The notes beneath the pieces were generated by a model. That model saw only the letters and a list, made by a program, of their open reading frames with translations, was not told the DNA's origin and did no database searches. A stretch of 64,000 nt of DNA, from assembly GCA_004431415.1 (NCBI GenBank), contig QPMI01000522.1, forward strand, positions 272,042 through 336,041, written 5' to 3'. This stretch comes from Cyanophora paradoxa CCMP329. Lineage: Eukaryota > Plantae > Glaucophyta. The position numbers were made by a program, and so were the translations under genes. Below are positions 1-12,229 of this stretch, piece after piece. Every line of letters begins with the position of its first letter. Positions within the stretch are counted from its first letter, which is position 1.

Positions 1-127
1 AGTCCAACGGCTACCTGCACCGATCGCACGACCGACGCACCGGCGCGGCTCGAGCGGAACTTGTAGTGGCTTAGATCAACCAGAATCAGCGGTTTCTGTT
101 TGCCTGCCCACGCGAAGGGAGTCGGAG

Positions 128-1494
128 ATGCCGCCGAAGCGCGTGGACGAGCGCGTCATAGAGATCCTCAGCAGCGATGACGACGACGACGACTGCGTCG
201 TGGTCGCCAAGTCTCGTCGCAAGACGCTCGCGCCGCGGGCCCTCGGCCTTCAGCTGCCCCCGGCACCCGCGGCGCCGGCCCCGCGCCGGAGCTCTCGCCT
301 CTCGGATCTCGGCGACGGCGAGCTGAAGGTAATGCGTCCATCTCGCGACCTCTCTCTCGCTCACGGGCCGCCTGCAGGTCGTTGGGGCGCAGGCGGGGGT
401 CGCCCAGACCGCCCCCCACGCGCGCCAGCGTGCGTGCCGCCCCTTCCCCCTGCGAATTCGATCCGGCGACCGACCCCGCGCAGACTGCCTGGAGCACCCC
501 TTCAAGCCCGGCGACGCGAACGTGAACGTGCAGCGCTGCGCCACGTGCTACTGCTGGGTGCGCCCGCGCACCCTGCGCGCCTCTGGCTCTAGATCTCCTC
601 GCTCTGAGGGCGGGACAGGTCTGCGACATCCCAGCGAGCACATGCGCTTCCTGGGGCACACACTGCAACGGTGCGCGCCGCCAGCGCCGAGCTGGGAAGC
701 TTAAGATCTTATAATTAAGATCTTAGATCTTATGAAGCTTAAGATCCGGGCCGCCTTCTCGTCTGTGAACGTTGCTGTTGGATTGACCCGGCCCGGCCCG
801 CCCCGCAGCGACTGAGAAGGAGTCAAAGTGGATCCAGGAGAGGGGCATCGCGAGGCGAAAGGCGGCGGCGCCAGCGGCCAGCGCTTCCGCCCCGCGGCCG
901 GCGCCGGCCCCCGCCCCGGCCGCCGTCCCGGCCCCGGCCCCGGCCCCGCGAGTGGCGCCGGGCCCCGCCCCGCGAGTGGCGCCGGGCCCCGCTCCGGCCC
1001 CGGCCCGCGAGCGGCTCCGGCGCCGGTCTTCCCGCACGCCTCCCGCGGCCCCGCAGCGCGCCGAGGTCGGAGGATGAGTCGGAAGAGGATTCCGACAGGG
1101 AGAATCAGGGGAGAACCCGAGGCAGCTGGCGGCGGCCCGCTGGGCGCCCCCGCGGCCGGCGCCGGCGCCGGCGCCGGCCCGCCGCTACTCGTCCTCCACG
1201 GACTACTCGAGCGAGGGGGAAGAGGCGCCGTTCGCGCCGGCCCGTGGCCGCCCGCAGAAGGCGCCGGTGGCGGCGGCGCCCGGCGCGCGGAAGGCCCCCT
1301 CCGGGCTGCAGAAGGCGCTGGCTTCCTCTTCGCGCGCCCCGCAGCGCGGCGGCGGCGGCGGCGTCGTCAAAAAGGCCCTCGCCCACAGCGGATCGGAATC
1401 CGCAAAGGCAAAGCAGGGGCACGGCTCCAAGAAGGCTCAGCAGGGGGGGCCCAAGCTCAAGAAGGCGCCCCTCGCGCCCCTCCCTGCCTCGTGA
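128..1494 (+). CDS. Multi-exon host gene, RIN13-like Cys/His (zinc-binding) protein with low-complexity tail
   Basis: Joining exons across short GT..AG introns gives PHARQ-DCLEHPF...CATCYCWV-CDIPA, resembling the PH..C..HPF...C..C.C.VCD.PA pattern of RIN13-like proteins. Exon boundaries approximate. Confidence 0.55.
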
Positions 1495-2120
1495 CGGCAG
1501 CAGGCTGGCTGGCCGGCTGTCCTCACCTCCAGGCTAGGAGCCGACAAGGTAGAGCCGAGTAGCATCAGTCAGAGAGTCGAACCAACTAACCGTTGAACCA
1601 AACAGTATGCAAACATGATCATGAGCCTCCAAACTCGTTTAATCGAATATTAATTCGAACATGCACATGCACAACAGGTACCGCGCCACATGCATTCGCG
1701 GTACGTATCGTATTCAATTGCAATATTAATGATATCCGATGATCGATTCGAATTCAATGATTCCCGAATTCCAATTCCAATTGCAATTGCAAGTTCTTCG
1801 ATTCCGAAGTTCGTGGCATGATGCATATGGCCATGGATTCGTCACTCGCGCGCGCGCGTCACACGGCGTGTGCAGTGTGTGTCGTGATCACGGCGTGGCA
1901 CACACTGACTGATCATGACTCGCAATCTGAATCGCAAATCGCAAAAGGCTCGAGACTCTGAGAAACGACATACCAATATGGTACTATGGTACTGAACTAA
2001 CTGTAGTGCGTCAAAATGATCATGATGCATGCATTTCACTGTCAAAGAAACTCGAAAAACAGAAAAAGATCGACTAACTCGTGAAAAAAAGGAGTGGGAG
2101 AACGATCGATGACCGGGCCC

Positions 2121-5100
2121 CTAAGAGGCCCTCAGAGACTCCTCACTCGACGGTGGCGGCGCCCCCCTCGGCCCCCGGCTCCATCTCGAAGGTGATCTGG
2201 AACTCTCCAAGGGGCGCCGACGCGCCCGGCTCCTCCACGGCCGGCGCCGGCGCCGGCGCCGCCGCGGGGACCGGGGCCGGGGTCGGGGTTGAGAGCGCCT
2301 CGCCCTCGAGGCCGGCCCCGCGGGGCGCGGCGGGGACGGTGCTCGGCCGCTGCTCCCGCGAGGCGCGTGGGGAAAAGCCCCGCGGCGCGGACCGCCGCGG
2401 GCGGCCGGGCGGCGGGGGCCGTCGGGGGCCGCCGGGCGGCGCGGGGGCTCCCGGGGGCCGAGGATGGGGACCAGGCGAAGGGGCGGGGGGCGTAGGCGGA
2501 GAGCGGGTGGCGGGGCGGGCCCCGGGGCGAGAGGTCGATGGGGGGGCCGAAGGAGGCGAACGCGGAGAGGGGTAGGGGCGCGTACGAGGGGGGCGCAACG
2601 CGCCCCAGGGCCGCGGCCACGGGGTCTGGTGAGGCCCCCAGGAAGGGGGGCGAGGAGCGCGCGTGCTCGGAGCGGGGTACGGGAATCGGGGCGCGGTAGC
2701 TGAGGAGGGCGTCGAGCTCCCGGGAGCCCACGGCGCCGGGGGTAGCCAGCGCGAGCCGCGCGAGATCGAGCAGGTCGAGCTGGAGGCCCGTACCCCCCGC
2801 CCCCCGCGCCCGCTCCACCTCCTGGTGGGGAAAGGCGTCGGCGGGGTACTGCGAGCGCGGGAAGGGGGTAGGGGATACGCACGAGGCTGCGTCGGTACAC
2901 CTCGTGAGCCTCAGGGGTACGGAGCTGCGAGCCGGTGAAGCGGCCGGCCCGGACGAGCTGTAGGGGTGAGCGTGAGGGGCTGGGTGGGAAGGATTTCAGG
3001 AAAGGTACGCAATTACCTTGACTGTATCCCGGAGGATGGAGGGGGGAGGCTCGACGGGGGGCGACGGCATCCGGGGTACGGGGGCGGGGGCGGGGGGAGC
3101 AGAGCGGGGCTGGAGGGGAGGAGCCGACAGACTTTGGTGGGGAGAGGCGAGGGGACGCGAGGAAAGCCTGTGAGGGCCGCCAGGGCGCGGGGCGGACCGG
3201 GCGGGCTGGGGCGGGGCGGGAGCCCGCGCGGGGCGGCGGGCCGGGCCGGCGAGGGCGGGTCCGAGGCGGTGTCGGGGCGGGGCGCGAGGGGCGTGGCGGG
3301 CGCGTCGCGATCGGGTCCGCGCGACCGGAGGCGGCGGCGGCCGGGGAGGAGGCCGGGGCGGCGGCCCGGCGCCGCCGACGGAGCCGCCCTGCAGCAGCAT
3401 TCGGACCACAGCGGCCATACTGCTGCCGCCGCCGCCGCCGTCGGCGGCGCCCTTGGGCGCGGAGGCGGCGGGTGCCTCCGCCCCCGCCTCGCCGTCCTCG
3501 TCGTCGTCGCCGCCGCCGCCGTTCTTGTCGCCGGCCTCGCGGCGGGCGGCGCGGCCGGCGGCGGCGGCCTGCTTGAGCCTCGCTTCCGTCATGACCCGCT
3601 GCAGCACGCGCTGCGCCGCTTGCTGCGGGGCGGGTCGAGTGAGCCGCGAAAAACAGAGCGTGTGGAGCGGGTGTACCTTGGCCTGGCGCTGGGGGGGGAT
3701 GGTGCGGGAGGGGTGCAGCGGGGGCCGCCCGCCGGGGCCCGCCGGCGCCTCCCGAGCGAATCGGTCCTTGGCCGTGGGGGGCAGGAACGAGCCCGAGGGC
3801 CCGGCCCCGGAGAGGCCCCGGGCCGCCTGGGCGCCGCCCAGGACCACGGAGGCCGCGATGCTCCCCGCCACTCGGAAGCGCATCCGAGGCTGCCCAAAGA
3901 TGAGGCGGGAGACAGGGGTACACAGTCGATCGATGGTTCGGCGTACCCGGCGCTGGGAGGCCTGCTTGATGGCCGAGCGGTCCAGCACCTCCTCCTCCTC
4001 CTCCTCCTCCGTCTCTTCGGGGTACCCCGTGGCCGCTTCTTCCCCCCCGGCGGCGGCGCCCCCTCCGGCCGGCTCCTCGAGCCCGGCGGCGGCCCGCGAG
4101 GCGCTCCGCCGGAGGGACGTCGCGTGCCGCTTGGAGAGCGCCCGGGGGAGGAGCACCGTCCGGCGGATCACCTCCTGCGCCTCCGCCCCGGTGGGAAGCG
4201 CCGGCCCGGGCGCCGCCCCCGCCGACCCGCCCGGCCCGGCCGGCCCGGCCGTCACCTGCTTCCGCGAGGAGCGGGAGCGCGGCAGCGGCACGCGCACGTT
4301 GCCGCCCTCGGGCTCGGGCGGCGCCGGCGCGGGCCCCGGGAGCTGGAAGGGCAGGAAGCGGAGGGATCGGGAGGAGGGCACCGGGGCGGCGGCCGGGGAG
4401 TAGAGGCGGCAGTGGGTGAGGAAGGCGACGAGCGCCGACGCGCGCTGAGAGAAGAGGGCGAAGAGGGCGGGGAGGTTCCCCGGGTCCACGCGCACCGCCG
4501 CCGCCGCAGCGGACGGCGCCGCCGCCGCCGCCGCGAGGGATAGCGCGGGAGGGGCCGTGGAGGGCGCCCAGGACAAGGCCGATTCGCCCGAGGGGGGGCG
4601 GGGTCCCAGCCGGGGGGAGGCGAGTAGCCCGCCGCCGCCGCCGCCGCTACCCGCGGCCGAGGAAGACGAGGAGGATGGGGCCGGGGGCAGGGCCGGGGGC
4701 GTGGCGGGCCGCGCGGCCGCCTCCTCGGCCCAGTGCTGAGTCGCGTCCACCAGCCGCCCCGCGATGTCCACCACCTGCGGGGGGTACCCGTTTGCGGGGG
4801 GGGGGGAAGACAGAGCCGGGGGTACAGCGCACCGCCTGCTGGGCGGAGCACGCGGCCTGCATGAGGGCCTTCGCCGCCGCGCGCTTCGCCTCCGACTCTC
4901 GCTCCGCGTGCTGCGGGCGGGAAAAAGGCACCGTCGGAAAAGGGCGCCGCAAGGATTCGAACCCGCGCACGATGATGCGCGAGTAGACGGCGTCGACGGC
5001 GCGGGCGTCGGAGGGGCCGGCGCCCACCGCGAAGCGCTTCTCCTCCACCTCCATGGTCAGCTCCCGCTGCGCTCGGACCGGTTGGATCGGGCGGAGATGA

Positions 5101-5720
5101 AAAGGGCCCCGGCGGGGCTCGAACCCGGGTCTGGAGGAGCGTCTGGACGCGGGCCTGCGCCTCGTCGGCGGCGGCGATGAGCTCCTCGCGCGCCGCCAGC
5201 TGCTGCAGCAGCCTGCGCGCGCCGCGCCGGGCCGGTTAGAGGGCGAGGGTGGAGGGGGGAAGGGAGAGAGAGAAGGGGGGTACCGCTCGTAGACGTCGAC
5301 GGGGGAGTCGAGCCCCGTGTTCTCCACCAGCTGCCGGATCTGCGGGAAAGAATAACGCACAAGAAAAAGCTTGCTGGAGGGAAGTACAGTCGGCCGCGCG
5401 CCTTGGCCTCGGCGCCCTCGACGCGGTTCTGCTGCCGCACATACTCCTCTCGCTTCTCGCGGTACAGCTCCAGCACCTGCGGCGGCGGGGCCCCGCCCTC
5501 GGATCAAATCGAGAGGCGAGGTGGAGGGGGGGGAGAAGGAGGAGGGGGGTACGGTGCCGACCTTGCGTATGGACTCGGCGGAGACGGCGGAGCGGCCGGA
5601 GCCGTGCGCCGCGTCGAAAGCGATCGCGTCCCGGCGCTCCGCCTGCGCCCCGGAACCGGTACCCCCCGCTCAGACACCGGTACCCCCCGGGATTCTAGGA
5701 AAGAAGCGGCTGGGCGGCTG
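2121..5720 (-). CDS. Multi-exon host hypothetical protein, largely low complexity
   Basis: Protein-like segments on minus strand (LELYREKREEYVRQQN; ELTMEVEEKRFAVG; VDIAGRLVDATQHW; ASQRRVRRTIDRLCTP) separated by intron-like GC tracts. Ends uncertain. Confidence 0.4.
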
Positions 5721-6026
5721 ATAGGGGGCGGGCTACGCGGCTCTACGGGGGAGTCAGCCTAGGGGCGCTGGCGGGGGGCCGTTGCGTGGGCCACTAGGGG
5801 CTGCGTCTCTGAGCAATCTGAAGATAAGAGGCGGAAAGGCGACGGCTGGGCCGCTGGGGGCTGCTAGGGGTCCCTAGCAAATCCGACGACAGGGACCGGG
5901 GCGCGGATCCGGGCGCACGCACGCACGCACTGCCCTCGGTCCCCAAGAGAATCTATCTAAGAGAATCTAAGAGAATCTATCAATATGTAAAATATGTAAA
6001 AATCCGTCCCTAAGAGAATCAATCCA

Positions 6027-7942
6027 TCAGAGAGGGCGCACGCGCTGCTGGAGGTCGCGGTTGAGTCCGATCTGGGCCTCGAGGAGCGCCCGGAGCGCCG
6101 CCAGCTGCGCCCGCCACTGCTCCCGGTTCCGGTGGATGCGCCCCGCCAGCCGCACCACCTGCGCCTGCGTGCGCGCGTGCCCCGGGGGGCGCGTCAGAGA
6201 CCAGCAGAGACCACGTGCGTCTCTTGTCGGCACGAGCTCGCAGTCAGAAGAGGCGCGGGAGGATCTAGCTACTCTCGTCCTCTAGATCCAGGGTCTAGCC
6301 ACTTAGTCCCTCAGCTCGCGCCCGTCATTCGAAGTTGTCGCGCACCTCGTCGGCGCGGCGCTGGGCCTCTAGCTACTCTCGTCCTCTAGATCTCGAGCCA
6401 GAGCCTAGCCAGGGAGGCCTGGCCAGGGAGGCTAGCCAGGGAGACCTCTGTAGATCTAGGTACTCTCGTTCTAGCCTAGACAGTTAGTTAGCCCGCTCCA
6501 AGAAGCACCTCGTCGGCGCGGCGCTGGGATAGCCAGCTATCCCGTGGGATAGCCTGGCTAGGATAGCTGGCTCGAGCCAGGGCCTAGCCAGCTAGCTAGC
6601 CCACGCACCTCGTCGGCGCGGCGCTGGGCCTTGGCGTCGGCGCGCAGCAGGACGAGCTCCTCCCCGTCCCCCGCGTTCTGCTCCAGCCGCCCCCGCACCT
6701 CCCCGAGCCTTAAGGAGGGGAGAGTGAGCAAGGGAGGAGGTAGGAAGGGAGGGAGGGAGGGAGGGAGGGGCGGCACCGGCGCTCGGCGGCGTGCCGGGCC
6801 TCGCGGGTGCGGTCGATCATGTGCTCGAGCGTCACCGCCGCCTCCGCCTGCTCCTCCACCTGCCCAGAGGAGGACGACAGGTTGAGAGGAATCTAAAGGG
6901 ACTACTCTTCTTCGCTGCTCTGTGTAGCGAGAAAGAGGCGGGCACCTTGGCCTCGGCCTCGGCGCACTGCCGTTCGAGCTCCTCAATGCGGCCCGCCTCC
7001 AAGCCCCGCTGCAGAGGAGGGCTCAGAGAAATGGGGGAGGGCGGCCGGCCGGCCGGGCAAGGATGCGAAAGGACTCGCCTCGGGGCGGAAGGAGGGGTGC
7101 GAGGGGTCCATCTCCGTCAGGTGCGCCAGCTGCACCTGCGGTGCGGCGGCAATTTGATCCCAATTCGATCTCAATTTGATCCCAATTCGATCCCATCCCA
7201 TCCCTCCCTTCTTCTTCTCACCTGGAGAGTGTGGAGGCGCAGTTCGCGCTCGCGCCGGGCCGCCATGAGCGTGTCCAGCTCCCCGCGCATCCCCGCGATT
7301 GCGGTGCGCAGCCGCCCCGCCTCCCGCGTCGCCTTCTGCAGGTGCTGTCCCTGCAGGCGCCGGGCTGAGCAGGGGGCGAGGAAGCAGGGACGGGGGGGAT
7401 GCAAAAGGCGTGGGGCGCACCAGCGACGCCTCGAGGATAGCCGCGCGCGCCCCCCAATGCAGGAGCCTGCGGCCGCATGAGCGTCTCTATGACCGGACCG
7501 AACGGGCGCCGGGAGGGCGCAGAGCGCACCGCGGGTCCCGTGCGACCTTGCGCGTGGTTCGCTTGCGCGCCGCCCGCGCCATGCGAAGGCGCGCGGCGAC
7601 CGAGAGGCTGCTCTTGGGCCGCTCCTCGCCAGATTTGGACTTCTGCGCTTCCTCCTTCTGCATCGCCTCCGCGAGCTCCAACATCTCGCGCTCCTCCCGC
7701 GCCAGTCGCTCCGCCTCCTGCGGCGTGCGCGGGGCGGCGGTCGCATGCACAGCGTGCGAAGGCCAGCGGGGAGAGAGCACCTGCTCGAGCTCCTGAGTCT
7801 CGTCATGCGGCTCTGCTTGTGCCTTCTTGCTGGGCGTGTCAGGTGCATTCACGGTGCTCCCGCTGAATGTGATTGTAGCCGCTGGCAGCGACGTGCGCCG
7901 GGACTCCGACGTGCGCAGCTTCGAAGGGCTGCCGCTCGCCAT
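6027..7942 (-). CDS. Multi-exon host coiled-coil protein
   Basis: ATG at 7942; successive exons encode heptad-rich E/R/A/L helices (EAERLAREEREMLELAEAMQKEE; LRTAIAGMRGELDTL; LAALRALLEAQIGLNRDLQQ). Confidence 0.5.
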
Positions 7943-8281
7943 GGGGGCAGCGCTGCTCGCTGCGGCCCGGCCGTAGCTAAGCTGAAGCGCTCGCCGACCC
8001 GCACCGCAACGCGGCGTCTCTCAGCGAGACGCCGCTGATGACTGCGCCAACCCGCCCGTCTCGCTGGCTGAAGGAAGCGGCTGGGGCTGAAAGCGCACTG
8101 CAGGGGCAGCAGAGGCGAACCAGGGCCCTCTAGACTGCGGGCAAAACAGATCGGAGGAGGCCCAAGACAGGTGTTTCGCGTACCCCGGCAATCGTTGAAT
8201 CGTTGAGCACGCGACTTAGCGAGCCCGTAGCCTGCTTCGTACACTGCCCGCTGGGCCTTCACAGTCGTCCCTCTAGCGAAA

Positions 8282-10177
8282 ATGATGGCCGCTGGGCCCT
8301 TCGGGGCCTCGTTCCCTATCGGGGCCGTCGGCTATTACCTCATCGAGCGGAACTACAAGGTGAAGGTGACCAAGGGTCAGGACCGCATTCGGGCGATGTA
8401 CAAGGACGTCGAGGGTCACAACCCGCGCATCGAGACCGTTCCGGGCGCCCGGGAGCCCTGCTCTCTTTGCTGCGGTGAGCATCGTCACGACAACGTGCCC
8501 AAATGAGCGCTTCCCCCCTGAGAAACTTCCCCCCAGGCACCGAAGCCCAGGGCGAGAACTACTTCGCATCCCGCGGGATGCCCTCGGCCACTTCCTGCCT
8601 TATGCCCATCTTCTCGCTGTTCTCGGAGCCTGCTCCCCCGGTGGCCGCCACGGCTTCGCAGCGCTGTGAGCCGTCCCACCTCCGCTCGGAGATACGTCCG
8701 TTGGCCGCCAATTTGATCCGGTTTGTCTGCAGCTCTCCGGGACGTGCCGCAGGCGATGTCGGCTTCGGCGAAGGTGAACGTCATGAGCAATGACTTGAAG
8801 TACACGTCGAACGACGCTGGCTCCCTTGCCCGCAATCTGATGGACGCGTATGAGATAACCAAGTCGTCCCCCAGTGAGCGGGCTCTCGCCTCCGCGGCTC
8901 AAAGTTCCGTGCTGACTCTTTCCGGCCGAGCAGGCACCGTCAACAACCTCGTGAACCAGGGCTACGTGGAGGTTCGTGGATCGAACCTCGGCCGCTCGGC
9001 TGCAGCTGACGCGGGCCCCGAGCGCAGAGCTCCGTGCAGGGGATGATCAAGTTCCAGAACAGCGAGGCCGTGCACGAGGCTGCGTTCCTCCTGCTCTCGC
9101 AGCTCGTCAACCACGGTCCGCCCGCGCCTTCCTTGCGACGATGCGCGGCGCCCTGCCAACCGCTCGATGTGCTCAGACCGGGGCGAGAGAGTGTCCAAGT
9201 CGGGCGCGGTGGTGATGGTCTCCGAGATGATCGAGCGGCGGGCGAACTGGTACGGCGCGGCCCTCGCCGCGAAGGTCTTCATCGAGAAGATGTGCCTCGT
9301 CCAGCGTGCGCGCCGCCCCCCTCCGCTCTCCGCAGCGCCCCTGAGGTCCCCCGCAGCGAGCGTCGCCGAGTTCTGGGCGAACCGCGGCATCTGCGATGTG
9401 CTCTTCAAGGTGCGCCCCGCCCCGCCCCGCTGCGCGCGCCCGCCTCGGCCGCCCATGCGAGCGCCGCCGTCGGCCGCAGTCCATGGTGGACAAGTTCGAG
9501 CCGCGCACCGTCGAGACGACCTTCCGCGCGTTTAACGCGATGCTCGAGAACTGCCCCTCCAAGACCCGCATCAGTGCGCTGCCGCCGCCGCCGCCGCTGC
9601 CGCATGTCGGGCGCCGCCGCTCGCCCGTCGCCCTGTGACCTCACTCACCGCCGCGCGGCAGAGCTGCAGAACTACCTGAAGCGGGCGCGGCTGCTGGAGT
9701 CGGCGGGCAAGGCGATGGAGCTCAACATGAGGCGCCCCGAGGTCCTCGTGCAGGCCCTCCGCCTCTTCACCGCCATGCACGTCGGCAACGTCGGTCCGCC
9801 CATCCGCTCTCGCCCCGCCCCGCCCCGCTCTGCGGAGGAGCGCCGCCGAGCGCGCCGCCTCGCAGAGATCCTCACGTACTCGATGACCAAGAACCTGTGC
9901 GACCCCGTGATCCAGGTCCGCGCGGTCCAGGGCGGGGCGGGGCGGGGCGGGGCGCCGGCCGCGCTGACGGGTACCCCAGGTGATGGCGGCGTACCCCAAC
10001 GACGACCACATCATCTCGCACGGCAAGGCCTGCGTCAAGATCCTCGTCACCCCCTTCGAGTGCGGCTTCTGGCGTACCCCGCCCGCTCCCTCCCTCCCCT
10101 CACGCCTTTCCTCCCGCTCCCGCAGCTACGACCTCGTGATGAAGACCATGACGGCAATGATCATGCAGAAGGTGTAA
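8282..10177 (+). CDS. Multi-exon host protein, probable ARM-like helical repeats
   Basis: Many short exons with GT..CAG boundaries encoding amphipathic helices (FQNSEAVHEAAFLLLSQLV; YPNDDHIISHGKACVKIL); stop at 10177. Confidence 0.45.
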
Positions 10178-10467
10178 CCGGAGGGTCCCCGCGATTTCAT
10201 CTAGCTAGGCAGTTCCCCCGCCTCGCCCCAGGACCCCCCGCGCGCCCCCTCTCGCCCCCGCCCTCCCCGCTGGCGCTGGAGCAGCGCCGCTCGCTCGTAT
10301 TGGGCCCCCAGCCCCTCCCGCTGTTATTGAACCAGATAAACCACCACTACGTATGTCTATATATATGCTTTAAAATACCAAACGATACGGACGCCCTTCA
10401 ATGAGAACTGCTTGAAGAATTAATGTAGTCTGCCTAGGCCTAGATAGATTCTGGACTAGTACTCCGG

Positions 10468-11929
10468 CTACTTGAAGAACCACCAGGTCGGAAGCCCGAG
10501 GCACTCTATGCAGCTCATCCCGCACTTCTGGTTGCAGCTGGTCGCGTGCACCGTCCGCCCCACCTGTGGACCGGGCCGGACCGGATCGGCTCTCGATCTG
10601 GGTCTGGGTCTGGGGACAGGTTCTAAAGAGCGGACCTTCAGAGCAAAGGCGTCGACTGCTGTCTTGACTCCGAACTCGGTATCGAAAGCGTGCCCGTCCA
10701 GGTAGTCGTGACCGGAGAAGAGCCCCCCGCGCCTCAGCTTCGGCCACCTGCGCCCGGGTTCAGAGCTGAGAGGCAGAGTGGCCCAAGTTTCGAATTAATA
10801 TTCGAATTTCGCACCAGGCCTCGAGGTCCTCGGTGACGCCGGCGCGGTCGTGCCTCGCGTCCAGGTAGATGAAGTCGAAGTACCCGTCCTCGAACGTCTT
10901 CGCGGCCTCCTGAGGCATGCGCGTGTGGGCGAGGCGAGGGGCAAATTCGAGGCCGGATCAAATCAGACGAGGCAGAGCGCGCACGAGGGAGTAGCTCTTC
11001 ATGACGACGACGCGGCCCTCGAAGGGGGCGACGTTCGCCTGCGCCGTGCGGTAGATCTCGTCTTGCTCAGCCTGCGGCCTGGAACTCAGCGCCGGCCTTG
11101 CCGGGTTCGAATTCACGATCACGGTCCTGCACTACGCGGACGGACCTGGCCCTTGTTCGCGATGTCTCTGTACTCTTTCGGATCCTGGTGCGCCCACTGC
11201 GCGCGCGGATCGCAAAGCTCGAAGTTTAGGAGAGCGGAAGGAGCCGGGGGCCGCGGCTGGGCGCGAGACGCGTACGCCGCGGCCGGTCGACGTCGCAGCG
11301 CCTTAAGCTTAGCTAGCTATAGGGGGCGAGCGGAAGCGCTGCGGCCGGAGCGAGCGCTGGAAGGAGTGCGGAGCGCACCGCGTCCACCAGATACAGCGTC
11401 TTTCCTCTCCAGCGCTCGAGGATCCCGCGCGCGTGCTCCGCTCGCTGCACGCCGACCTCCACACCGGCGCCCACGAGGCCCTGGTCATTGAGCGCCTCCG
11501 GAAGACCGATGCGTCCCATCTTAAGCGCTGCGGAGCGCGTGGACGCGTGCGTCACCTACAGGGCGCACGTACGCGCGCGTACGCGCGGGCGGCGGCGCGG
11601 GCGGTGGCGCCGGCGGCGCTCCGGCTCGTGCCGAATGCGTCGAAGCTCACCTTGCGACGCTTCCACCTCGAGCGCCCTGCGCTCCGCTGCGCGCGGGAGA
11701 GAACCACATCAGACGCCCAAGCTTATGTGCGCCCGTCGGCGTCAACGCCCCAGCGCAAACCGGCCGCTGGATCATCCACCAGGTTGAAGTTCGTGCCGTC
11801 GTGCATCGCCAACCGCGCCGCGATGGCGAGGAATCCGAGGGCGGCCAGGCCGACGAGCAGCCGGCGGCGGCCCGTCATGAGCGGAGCTCGAGGCGCCACG
11901 TAGGCCTCGCGATCATCGTCTCCGGCCAT
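10468..11929 (-). CDS. Class I SAM-dependent methyltransferase (Methyltransf_24-like) with N-terminal membrane anchor
   Basis: Spliced minus-strand reading gives GVEVGVQ, FDFIYLDARHD, EDLEAW-WPKLRRGGLFSGHDY, FGVKTAVDAF and ends PTWWFFK*; hydrophobic LLVGLAALGFLAIAA near N-terminus. Confidence 0.8.
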
Positions 11930-12229
11930 CCCTCCTTCTCCGGGCCTGGGGGAACGCCGCTCAATTGCAATTGCAAGCTTTTCACGCCGTACCCGGCGGA
12001 TCAATTTTGGCCGACAGCGCGCTCGCAGGACGTCCGAAAGTTCCGAGTGCATATGCATTGTCTTGGCCGCGCTGCCAAGCCCGCCCTCTTGATCCTTCGG
12101 CTGCTTACTCGCATGCCCTTTATTGAACACGGGAACAAAACATCAAATCTCATCTCTACAACCCGGACTACCGACTGGACACCCCAAACCCGAACGTGGT
12201 GCCCAAAGACGAGGGCGAAATGCAAGCAG

